Positions 19,857 through 30,551 of a stretch of DNA of 36,050 nucleotides are shown here, piece after piece (the first letter of the stretch is position 1; each line of letters begins with the position of its first letter). This DNA is from Thraustochytrium aureum (lineage: Eukaryota). Made by a program: the position numbers and the translations under genes. The stretch is from the NCBI GenBank assembly GCA_012862495.1, contig BLSG01000132.1:89920-125969 (forward strand), given 5' to 3'. Under the pieces are notes generated by a model. The model was not told the origin of the DNA. It searched no databases and worked only from the letters and a program-made list of their open reading frames with translations.

Positions 19857-20460
19857 TCCGCGCGCTGGTCGGCGCGCTCGAGGGTCCGGCCGGCCCTCCG
19901 CAGCGCACGCCTTTCGCGCCCCTCGCCCTTTCTCGCGCCTGCGCCGCAGAGGAGTCAAGACAGACCGACCTACCGACCTACCGACCGCGCAGAGCGCTGG
20001 GCGAGTGTTCCACGGCCGCCTCTTCCCCCTGCGCGCTCCGGCCGGCTTCGGTTCTGCTCGCGCTCTGGCCGCCGCCGCTCTGGCCGCCGTCGCGCTGGCT
20101 GGCTGGCTGGTCGCCTTGCGTGTCTGCGGGGTCTCTGCGCTGTTTTCTGTTGCATTTCCCTCTCTCCTTCAATGGCAGGCCGACATGGAGAGCGAGGTCT
20201 GCCAGCTGCTCACAAGCACCTGCGAGTCCATCCAGTGCGTGCGAGCAGAGCAGAGCAGAGCACAGTCTGTCTGGCAGAGCCCTTCCTGACGCGACGAGCG
20301 CAGAGGAGGCGCGCGGGAGAGGCCGCCCAGCCAGTGTGTGTGGAGGGAGGGCGCCCGTTCACCTGCTCACGAAGTAGCTCTAGCTCTCCAGAGTTTCGCC
20401 GCACTTTTCTTCCCTTTTTGCGGTGCTTTTTTGCTTGCACTTGCTCGCCGCGTTTTTTGC

Positions 20461-20521
20461 GCGTTGACGTGCTTGCTCGGCGTTGACTTGCTTGCTCGGC
20501 GTTGACGTGCTTGCTCGGCGT
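20461..20521. repeat. Tandem repeat, 3 x 19 bp (GCGTTGACKTGCTTGCTCG)
   Basis: Units at 20461-20479, 20480-20498 and 20499-20517, in the divergent intergenic region between the PH-filamin gene and eRF1. Confidence 0.9.
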
Positions 20522-21276
20522 CGGGCGGCGTGGGGGGTTGCCGGCTGGGCGAAGCGCGCCGCGAGACGGGGCGGGCGAGCCGCTTTCGCGGGCCGCCGGC
20601 TCGACAAGCGGCCACGGCGCTGCGGACTCTGGGGATTTCGAAAAGCGACGCCCGCGGTTTGTTTATGAAGCACTCGGTGGCCGTGCTGTGAGATGAGAGG
20701 CTTGCCCGTTGGAATGCGGCAAGCGCGACGGCCGAGCGAGCAGGAGGGCGGTTGAATAGAAGCGCGCGACGCGACGTGCTCCTCCGCCCGTGCAGCGATC
20801 TCGGCAGAGAGAGGCGGGGTGGCCGGCCGCCTGCGAGCATCGTTTGCCGCGCGAGAACGCCACGTTTCCGGCCTCCAGCGGACGCCCTTTCGCGCTGGAG
20901 ACGGAAGAACGGCCGAGAACCGAGCCGCAACGATCACGGCGCCAGCCCGCAACGGCTCGCGGCCCGCGAGCGCCGTCTCGCGAGTCGATCCGCAACGGAC
21001 AGCGGCCCTCTGTGCCCTCGAACAGCGGACTACCAACATCCAATCCACCGCCAAAGAACAAGGTATCGCTCCGTATCTCGCGGTGATGTTTGGGTTGGTG
21101 GCCACCACAGGAACAGGCAAGGCAGGCCGGCAGAGCCGCGACGCAGGCGAGCAGACGCGCAGAGGCAGGCAGGCAGGCAGGCAGGCAAGTGGGGGGAGAG
21201 TTGGATAGGGAGGAGGGCGCGCGGGCGAAGGAGGCTTTAGGCAGGGGGCCGCAGGGCGCGCCGCGAGTCGGGCGAG

Positions 21277-23129
21277 ATGGCGGAGCGCGAAGATGAACAC
21301 GAGAAACAGGTGGAGCTGTTCAAGATGAAGAAGCTGATCAAGCGCCTCACGCTCGCGCGAGGGTAAGTTGAGCGCGCGCGGGTTGCAGCCGGAAAGGCGA
21401 TGCGGTGGGATGGGGNNNNNNNNNNNNNNNNNNNNNNNNNNNNNNNNNNNNNNNNNNNNNNNNNNNNNNNNNNNNNNNNNNNNNNNNNNNNNNNNNNNNN
21501 NNNNNNNNNNNNNNNNNNNNNNNNNNNNNNNNNNNNNNNNNNNNNNNNNNNNNNNNNNNNNNNNNNNNNNNNNNNNNNNNNNNNNNNNNNNNNNNCGCGA
21601 AGATGAACACGAGAAACAGGTGGAGCTGTTCAAGATGAAGAAGCTGATCAAGCGCCTCACGCTCGCGCGAGGGTAAGTTGAGCGCGCGCGGGTTGCGGCC
21701 GGAAAGGCGGTGCGGTGGGATGGGGGAGCGCGAGCGCGGCCGCGGCCGCAAGGGCCGTGCTAGCGCGGTGAAGCGGGTTGGCTCGCAAGAAAGGCAGGCC
21801 CAGACAAAAGGGACCGCGCTGACAGAATTGCGCTTGCGTGCGGCTTCCAGAAACGGCACGAGCATGATCTCGCTGGTGATCCCGCCCAAGGACCAGATCT
21901 CGCGCGTGAACAAGATGCTCACCGATGAAATGGGCACGGCGAGCAACATCAAGTCGCGCGTGAACCGGCTGTCCGTGCTGTCCGCGATCACGAGCACGCA
22001 GCAGCGGCTCAAACTGTACAACAAGGTGCCCACAAACGGCCTGGTCATCTTTTGCGGGACGATCCTGACGGACGAGGGCAAAGAGCGCAAGGTCAACATC
22101 GACTTTGAGCCCTTCAAGCCCATCAACACGTCGCTGTACCTGTGCGACAACAAGTTCCACACCGAAGCCCTGGCCGAGTTGCTCCAGGACGACGAAACGT
22201 TCGGGTTTATTGTGATGGACGGGCACGGCTGCCTCTTCGGGACCCTGTCAGGCAACACGCGCAACGTGCTGAGCAAGTTTACGGTTGACCTTCCAAAGAA
22301 GCACGGACGCGGCGGTCAGTCGGCGCTGCGTTTCGCGCGCCTCCGCCTCGAGAAGCGGCACAACTACGTGCGCAAGTGCAGCGAGATTGCTGTGCAGTGC
22401 TTTATCACCAACGACATGCCGAACGTGCGCGGCCTCATCCTTGCCGGGTCGGCCGAGTTCAAGAACGTGCTCGCGCAGTCGGACCTGCTCGACCTGCGCC
22501 TGCGCGCGGTGATCATCAAGCTGGTCGATGTGTCATATGGAGGCGACAACGGGTTCAACCAGGCGATCGAGCTCAGCCAGGATGCGCTCGCCAACGTCAA
22601 GTTTGTGCAGGAGAAGAAGCTCATCACGACGTTTTTCGAGGAGATCGCGCAGGACACGGGCCGCATTTGTTTCGGGATCAAAGACACGCTCCAGGGCCTT
22701 GAACTGGGCGCTGTGGAGACGCTCATCATCTGGGAGAATCTCGAGCTGGACCGGTTCGAGCTCAAGAACAACCAAACGAATGAGGTCGCCGTCAAATACC
22801 TGCGTCCTGAAGAACAGACTGACCCCAAGCACTTTGTGTCCGCCGACGGGGTGGAGCTCGAGATCCTCGAGAAGGAGGCCGCCGTCGAGTGGTTTGCAAA
22901 CAACTACAAGCAGTTCGGGACCCAGCTCGAGTTTATCACGGATCGCTCGCAGGAGGGCTCGCAGTTCTGCAAAGGCTTTGGCGGCATCGGCGGTCTCTTG
23001 CGCTGGAAGGTCGACTTTCAGGCCATGGACCACACGGAGAACCGCGCTGAGGAGTTGTATGGTGACGACGACGATGACGAGGAGGATATGGACCCGGATG
23101 CCATCGACTGGGACGACATCGGGTTTTGA
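21277..23129 (+). CDS. ETF1: Eukaryotic peptide chain release factor subunit 1 (eRF1); exon 1 at 21277-21362 (repeated at 21596-21662), exon 2 at 21851-23129
   Basis: Spliced ...[14 protein letters not shown]...[12 protein letters not shown]...YLCDNKF...[11 protein letters not shown]...[14 protein letters not shown]. The GTS, NIKS, YxCxxxF and GGQ motifs are canonical. Stop TGA. Confidence 0.98.
21596..21725 (+). repeat. Second copy of eRF1 exon 1 and intron start, flanking the gap (probable allelic or assembly duplication of ~21286-21415)
   Basis: Identical apart from two intronic substitutions (TTGCAGCC/TTGCGGCC and GGCGATG/GGCGGTG). The two copies abut opposite sides of gap 21416-21595. 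Confidence 0.85.
21663..21850 (+). other. eRF1 intron (188 nt, phase 2)
   Basis: GG|GTAAGT donor, GCTGAC branch point near 21818 and TTCCAG acceptor. Splicing yields the conserved ARG-NGTS. Confidence 0.92.
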
Positions 23130-23989
23130 GTGTGCAGGTCTGTGCCAGGCGCGCCGCCGCCTTCGCAGGGCAATTTGCAAGTGCTTCTGTTTTGGAACAG
23201 TCCCTGTGCGGAGGTGCTGCAGCTGCTGGGCCCGTTGTTGTACTTTTTGTGGCAGCGCCGCCTCGGGGCTGTCTTGTTCTGCACTCCGCAGGATTGACGG
23301 ACAGCTTGGAGGCGTCTGGCCCCTCGAGCTCGAGCTAGAGTGAGGCGACGTAGCTGCGACTCGCTTGCCACCTAGCTCCTGAAGGCGCGGTCCTTCCTCT
23401 GCGAGGCTGCCCTGCGTGCGTCCAAGCAAAAATAAATGGGTAAAAACCAAGCATCAACTTCAGTTCTCTTACACAACATGGAGCCGGCAGGCAAGCCGCT
23501 TGGACGCCAAGCCCGACGCTGAAGGCCTGCGCCGCACGCGAAGCCACCCTCGCCTTGGAGTCCGCAAGGCACCGTGTCACAGTGGCCTCCTTCAATCCTC
23601 TGAGNNNNNNNNNNNNNNNNNNNNNNNNNNNNNNNNNNNNNNNNNNNNNNNNNNNNNNNNNNNNNNNNNNNNNNNNNNNNNNNNNNNNNNNNNNNNNNNN
23701 NNNNNNNNNNNNNNNNNNNNNNNNNNNNNNNNNNNNNNNNNNNNNNNNNNNNNNNNNNNNNNNNNNNNNNNNNNNNNNNNNNNNNNNNNNNNNNNNNNNN
23801 NNNNNNNNNNNNNNNNNNNNNNNNNNNNNNNNNNNNNNNNNNNNNNNNNNNNNNNNNNNNNNNNNNNNNNNNNNNNNNNNNNNNNNNNNNNNNNNNNNNN
23901 NNNNNNNNNNNNNNNNNNNNNNNNNNNNNNNNNNNNNNNNNNNNNNNNNNNNNNNNNNNNNNNNNGGCGCCGCGAGACGAGGCGTCGCC

Positions 23990-26900
23990 ATGGAACTGAA
24001 CCATGTGTTCGGGCTGCGGGGCGACCTGCGCGGCAACATCAACTACCTGGATGAAACGACAGTGATTTACCCGTGCGGGCACGTGGTAGTCATTTTCAAC
24101 GTGGAGACCAAGACACAGCGGTTTGTGTACGGCAACGAGAGGTCTGGCGGGATCTGCGCAATCGCGGTCTCGCCCAACAAAAAGTTGCTTGCTGTGGCAG
24201 AGCGCGGCGAGCGGCCCAGCGTGGCGCTGTACGACATTGCTTCTTCGGCGCTGAAGAAGAAACGCACGATCGTGTGCAGCGACATCCACTCTAGTGACAT
24301 CGTCAACATGTCGTTCTCCAGCGACAGCAAGCAGCTGTTGACGCAGGGCGCGGCGCCAGACTGGACCATGCTGACCTGGGCTTGCGAGAAGGGCAAGCTG
24401 CTGATGTCCACGAAAGCCTGCAACGTCCAGGGCGGCTCTGTAACGTGCAGCGATTTTTGCCCGTGGGACTCGTCGACGATCAGCGTCATCGGCGACGGTC
24501 TTATGCGGTTCCTCCGCGTCCAGGACGGTGCAGCCAAGTCGCTGCCGTTCTCGTTCAAGCGAGAGATCCAGCAATACCTCTGTCACGCGTGGCTCCCGGA
24601 GGAGCGCTTGGTCGTCGCTACTGACGGAGGCGAGCTTTTGCTATTCGAGAACTTTGAGTTTCGCGGCACCTTGTCCATCCTTCCTCAAGACGAGGAGGAG
24701 ATGGACACGGCCACGATCGAGTCGCTGGCGGCTTACAACAAAGGCTTTGTTTGCGGCGGGGCGAACAACACGCTGCGCGTCTTTGAGCAGTCGGAAGACC
24801 CGCACGAGTTTTTCCGGCACACCAAGACCTTTACGATCGACGGCAAGCACAGTTCCGTGACCAACCTGGCGCTTTCGCCGTCGGAGGACAACCTGGCTTG
24901 CTCGCTGGCCAACAACCAGATCTACGTGCTCGGACTGAGCAACACGGACATTCTCAAGGCAGAAGAGATGAGCTTTGAGCTGCTGACGACGGCGGTGCAC
25001 GGGCCGTTCACCGGGAGCGGCAAGTCGCAGGGCAGCGGAATGGGCGGCGGTGACGCAATGCGCCGGACCGGGCTCGGAGGCAAAGCAAGCGCGGGAGGCG
25101 CCGCCGCGGACGAGGGCACGCAGAGTCGCGGCGGTGCCAGATCACCGGCCTCGACGTCTGCATGCGCAAGCCGTTCGTGGCCACCTGCGGGTGGACCGGA
25201 CGATTCGCGTATGGAACTACCAGGAGAAGAGCGTGGTGCTGGTTCGCGAATTCGAGGAGCTGCCAGTCTCGCTTTCGTTCCACCCTTCTGGGCTGCACGT
25301 GCTGGTCGGCTTTGCGGACAAGCTGCGGCTGATGAACCTGCTCATGGACGACATTCGCACGTTCAAGGAGTTTCCCATCAAGGGGTGCCGAGAGTGCCGG
25401 TTCAGCAACGGGGGCCAGTACTTTGCGGCGGTGAACGGGAACGTGATCCAGGTCTTCCAGACGTACACTTTCGAGTGCCTGATGACGCTGCGCGGGCATG
25501 CGGGCCGCGTCAACTCGCTCTCGTGGAGCTCGGACGACAGGTCGCTCCTGTCGGCGGCTGCGGACGGCGTGCTGTATCGCTGGTCAATCAAGGATGCACG
25601 CAAAGAGGGCGAGTTCGTCTGCAAGGGGTCGAGCCTCTCGTGCAGCGCGCCGTGCGATGTTGACGCCACCATTGCGCTCTGCACGGGGCGGCCAGACATC
25701 AAGCTCAAGGAGGTGGCGCTGCAGAATGGCGCCATCAAGTTCGAGCTGGGCGGGCCGGCCGGCATGGCCTTTGACCAGATTGCCATGCCAAGTCGGGGCG
25801 GAGCGTATTTGTCACTTTGTACGACACGGGCTCTGCTGGCGCTGCGGGGAGCAAGGTCGGCGTCGCCGGCAAGCAGCTGTCCATGTTGGGCGGAATCGGG
25901 TCGGCAGGACAGAGCGGCGGCGCCTCTGTGGGCGCAACCGTGATGCTCTCGCTGCCGCTGAGCTCGAACCAGAGCAAAGAAGAGCGCAGCGAGGAGGGGG
26001 ATGGAGGCGCGAGCGGCGACGAGGACGCCAAAGATGGCGGGAGCGGGGCGGCGGCTGCGACAGGCGGTGGTGCGCTGGGCGGCGCAGGCGAAATGCATGC
26101 CCTGATGATGGGCGACAAGGCAGCCGCGCCAGAAGGCTGCGCCGTGGAGCTGGACAAGCTCCGGCGGTGCACTGCGCACGCGGGCGCCGTGACGCGCATG
26201 GTGACGAGCCACGACGACCAGTACCTGTTCACGTGCGGAGACGACGGCACGCTTGCGATCTACACGGTGAGCGAGGAGGCCGAGGCCGGGGCCGGCGGCC
26301 GCAAGGCGCGCGAAAAGGAGCCGCCGATCCAGTTCGCGGAGGAGATACTGGTGACCAAGTCGGACATGGAGGAGAAGACGAGCGTGATGCACGAGCTGAA
26401 AAACAAGGTGGACGAGCTGACGCTGCACAACGAGTACCAGCTCCGGCTCAAGGACATGAACTACAACGAGCGCATCAAGGACGTGACCTCCAAGTTCACC
26501 GAGGAGCTCGAGCAAGACCGCAAAAAGTACGACAAGCTCCGCAAGGAGAAGGTGGCCATGGAGCACATGTTCAAGGACAGGCTCGGCAACCTGCACACGC
26601 AGCACGGCGACCAGGTGCAGAGCATGGAGAAGTCTTACCAGGACAAGATCGACGCAGAGCGGCAGCGGTACGAGGCGCTCGAGCGAGAGCGCGAGCAGCT
26701 CGCCCTGCGCTGGGACGAGCAAAACCAGGTCCTCGTCGAGAGCCACGAAAAGTACGTGAACGAGGTGACGGAGCAGTACGAGAGCAAGCTGACCGAGGAG
26801 CTCAAGCAGCGCGAGGAGATCGAGAAGGAAAAGCAGGTCCTGGTCAAGCGGTTCGAGGACCGCAAGCAGGAGGTGGAGGAGGACGCCGACCTGGAGATCG

Positions 26901-28087
26901 ACGACCACAAGGCCAAGTATGTGGGCAAGCTGAACGTGGAGCGCGAGGCGACGCTGCGCCTGCGCGGGGAGAACGGCATTATGAAGAAGAAATTCAGCGC
27001 GCTGCAGAACGACATCGAGGAGCAGAAGGAGCGCATCAAGCAGCTCTCGGAGCGCGAGATGGACCTGTACGAGCGCATCAAGGGCCTGGAGAAGGACATC
27101 CACGGCCACAACAAGGAGATCAAGGAGCGCGAGGAGACGATCCAGGACAAGGAAAAGCGCATCTACGACCTGAAGAAGAAGAACCAGGAGCTGGAAAAGT
27201 TCAAGTTTGTGCTCGACTACAAGATCAAGGAGCTCAAGCGGCAGATCGAGCCGCGCGAGAACGAGATCGCGGACATGCGCCAGCAGATCAAGGAGATGGA
27301 CCTCGAGCTCGAGCAGTACCAGAAGAGCAACGCTGCGCTGGACTTGATGATTGGCGAGCTCCGCCTCAAGATCGAGGGGATGCAGAAGGAGCTGGACGAG
27401 CAGGTCGAAGCGCTGCGCGAGGGCAAGCGGGTCGCGGAGCAGGCGCGCCTCGAGCTGCACGCCGCAGTCAAGAGCTTGGACGACCACGCCGCGCTCAAAG
27501 CCCAAGGTGGTTGCAAATGTACAAGANNNNNNNNNNNNNNNNNNNNNNNNNNNNNNNNNNNNNNNNNNNNNNNNNNNNNNNNNNNNNNNNNNNNNNNNNN
27601 NNNNNNNNNNNNNNNNNNNNNNNNNNNNNNNNNNNNNNNNNNNNNNNNNNNNNNNNNNNNNNNNNNNNNNNNNNNNNNNNNNNNNNNNNNNNNNNNNNNN
27701 NNNNNNNNNNNNNNNNNNNNNNNNNNNNNNTACTTGGAGAAGAGCGTGGAGTCTCTCAAGCGCAAGCTCACCAAGGACATCAAGATGCATCAAGGCGACA
27801 AGATGCGTCTGCTGCGCGAGTCGGTGGACCTCACCAACGAGATCAACATCCTGCGCCGCGAGCTGCACTCGGTGTCGCGCAGGCCAAAGGCAGGCTTCAA
27901 CGCGCTGCTCACCTCGGCGCGCGAAGAGGTCGCGCTGAGCGCGCCCTCGGCGGCTGCGCCCGACTACCTGGACGATTTCTCGGGCGAGCAAGGCGTGGCC
28001 GCGCGCGAGATCGAGTTGCAGCGCCAGCAGATTCAGGCGCTCGTCAAGCAGGTCAACCGCCTCGAGCACGGGCTTGGCCTCAAGTGA
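23990..28087 (+). CDS. CFAP57: Cilia- and flagella-associated protein 57 (WDR65): WD40 repeats plus a long coiled coil; several 1-nt frameshifts (~25137, ~25190, ~25805, ~27501-27512) and a gap at 27527-27730
   Basis: HVFGLR...YLDE..VIYPCG; QITGLDVC.RKP.VATC..DRTIRVWNY; FHPSGLHVLVGFADKLRLMNLLMDDIR; F.NGGQYFAAVNG; FAEEILVTKSD.EEK; L.GENGIMKKKF; IQDKEKRIYDLKKKNQELEKFKFVLDYKIKELK.QIEPRE; YLEKSVESLKRKL. Confidence 0.95.
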
Positions 28088-29254
28088 TGATGAATCTGAT
28101 TCTCGTGACGCAAACGAAACGACCAAAACGATTTTTTTTTGTTGCTTCCAGCCCGAACGCGATGGAGTGGCGCGAGCAGCCATCGCTTTTCTTGGCATGA
28201 TCGTCGTGGTGGACTCTGAGAAAGTTTCGCGCTAATGCGACGAGTTTGCAAGGCGTTTCGTTGGTTCTGTGAGACCCGAGGGTCGCGAAATCGTCAATCA
28301 GGCGCTGAATCTTGTCACACGGGTCGTCATGGTCGGCGGCGCACAGCAGGCGCTCTTCTCCGAACGTCACGCTGACCAGAAGCCCGCGGAGGCTCCGCTC
28401 TCCAGTTTTCTCGTGGCCATTTTCTTTCGCGATCTGCTCGTAGGTACTCAACCAGGTACTCTCCAAAAACGACTGGCGGCGGCGGGTGAGCGTCGGCTAC
28501 TCCGGCAAGGAGGATCCTCCTTGACTCGGGCTTCTCGGGGCATCGTTTACGACGGCAGCCTGCTCGGCGCCGAAAGTCGTCCAGATCCCAGATCCTCGTC
28601 ATCCGAGTCACTCTCTGAAGACTCGACTCATCACCGGTGGGTCTGGAACCGTGTAATGTGAGTGGAAGTGCGGGAGTGTACTCGACGAGTCCTCTCACGC
28701 TGGTGAGGATGGTGCATCCGTCCGAAAAAACCTGAGCTGGACGACTCGGAGCGCACGCCGACAAACTGCGCCGCGTTGGTCCAAAAGAGCCTGAGGGGTG
28801 TCGAAGGACGGAGGCGACTGCGGTGGCCGGACTCGGTTCGATTGGTTCGAGCGTGCATCAGCATCAGCATCGTTTTGGAAGTGACCGGTCGGGTTTTTGG
28901 GGCTTCGAGCGCCATGATGGTCTGGACATCGCTGTGGAGGACTTCCAAGTTTGCCCAAAGTGAGGAGGATCTTCCTCGCCCGAAGCCTCTGAGTCGGGCT
29001 TGCAAACCGCACATCTTTCAAGATCGGGAGATGCCGGTACCTCGTGGCGAGCAGAAAGGAGGGATCCGCATTGCGCAGAGTCAGGCCAAGGAAGTATCGA
29101 GCCGGAGCCACTTCAGTCCCTGCAGCTAGATAGCTAGATCGAGTTCAAAGGCAACGCCAAAACGAATTTCCAGGAGCGCTCAGGATGGCCGCTGCAGAAA
29201 GGAAAGGGCTAGCACTGCGAATCCTTGGCGAGGGCGCGCACTGGAGGGCCTTTG

Positions 29255-29465
29255 GCTTTCGCCAATGGCAGGGGCGGCGTCGCCCAGGATGAAGAGATCG
29301 ACGATCTCCGGCCAACGATGATGCTTGCCAATCCACGAGCTTGCTCCACGTCGCCTCTAGAGCTTTCGCCAATGGCAGGGTCGGCGTCGCCCAGGACGAA
29401 GAGATCGACGATCTTCGGCCAATGACGCTTGCCAATCAACGAGCATGCTCCACGTTGCCTATAGG
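29255..29465 (+). repeat. Tandem duplication of a ~107-bp CCAAT-rich promoter segment
   Basis: Units start GCTTTCGCCAATGGCAGGG at 29255 and 29362. There are five CCAAT pentamers in total, and the repeat ends ~130 nt upstream of ATG 29597. Confidence 0.9.
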
Positions 29466-29596
29466 AAACCCCCCATCCTGCAACTGGGCGGAGTACCAAA
29501 CCATCGTTGACTTGCAGACCCCAAACTCGAACAAGCCGAAAGAAGAGCAACGCAAACAACCAAACGAGAAGCAAGCAGAAACAAAGCAAGGCAAAG

Positions 29597-30551
29597 ATGA
29601 AGATCCCATCGATGGCACTGTCGGCAGCTCTGCTCGGCGTGAGCGTGAGCGGCTTGTCGCTGGACGAGAGCTCGGCCCTGCGCGAGGGCATCATGCAGGA
29701 GCTGACGGCGAGGGACATGGGATCGTCGATGGAAGAGGCGCTTGCCAACATGGACGACGAAGAAAATGATGAAGAGGAGCAGGAGGAGGGCTCGCTTATG
29801 CAAGTCTCGACGGGGCCCGCCGGTCGCAGCGGCCGTCCTTCTGGGGAAAGCTTGTGTTGCGAGCCTTCCTTGCCGCGCGGTGGCGACTTATGTGGCGACG
29901 CAGACCGCCAATTTCGTGGTGGGCCGCATCACGGGCATGGGCAACGACGACATCACATTTTCGGTTGCGTACACCGGGGCTCACTCGCAAGGTATCCGAG
30001 GCGTGGTTTACCAGGGCTCGGCAGGGCAGCACACCGGGTGCTTTGGCAAGACGGAAAGCGGCAAGAGGTCCAAAATCGAGACGTCTGAAGACGTCAAGGG
30101 CAAGGAGATTGTCAAGACGCTTGTGATGTTCCCCAACATCAACAAGGACGCGAAGAAAGTGAGCGATATCGGATCGAGCACGCTCAAGTCCGTCACGCTC
30201 GGGTTCGGCAAAGAGCTCACCGCTGACGGAGACAAGAACGATATGAAGACGGTGGCGCATCTTGAGGGCAGGTTCTTCCAGCAGTGCTACGGCCGCAGCA
30301 CACTCAGCCTGCGGAACAACCAGTTTATCCAGATGGACATCCCCAGCCTCACCGGCTTTGTTGCTATGAACTGCTTCGCCAAGGTGATCGACAACAAACT
30401 CAGCACCGACGCGTTTTGCAAGCAGCGCATCTGCCGCGCCTTCGCTATCAAGACGGTCGGCATCAACGACCGCGATGCTGAGCGCGCTCTCGCCAAGGGC
30501 AACTGCGGCGACGAGGAGTCCCTCGCTGACCGCGTCCTACGGGGCCGCTAA
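29597..30551 (+). CDS. Hypothetical secreted prepro-protein (signal peptide, acidic pro-region, Cys-containing mature domain); one frameshift at 29812-29818
   Basis: aaagATG start and signal peptide MKIPSMALSAALLGVSVSG, then DDEENDEEEQEEGSLMQV. Removing one base in GGGGCCC joins it to a ~245-aa frame with coding-like GC3 that ends at TAA 30549-30551. Confidence 0.7.

Noticed and set aside
21286..21725. Tandem alternative first exons of eRF1
   Set aside because: The two copies directly flank an N-gap and differ by only two intronic SNPs. This is typical of unmerged haplotype contig ends.
21851..22160. Altered stop-codon specificity of eRF1 (variant genetic code)
   Set aside because: The GTS, TASNIKS and YLCDNKF motifs are canonical, with only a minor F/Y-to-M change before [14 protein letters not shown] and TGA all end conserved genes in this window.
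23127..23300. eRF1 autoregulation by stop-codon readthrough (as in plant eRF1-1)
   Set aside because: The stop context is TGA-G, not a leaky TGA-C/CARYYA context. The ~55 open codons downstream are unremarkable at this GC content.
25217..28200. Very long antisense and alternative-frame ORFs over CFAP57 (993 aa and 900 aa), and similar shadow ORFs over other genes
   Set aside because: These are expected by-products of high GC3 and biased codon use. The translations have no recognisable domains, and several ORFs are inflated by N-gaps.
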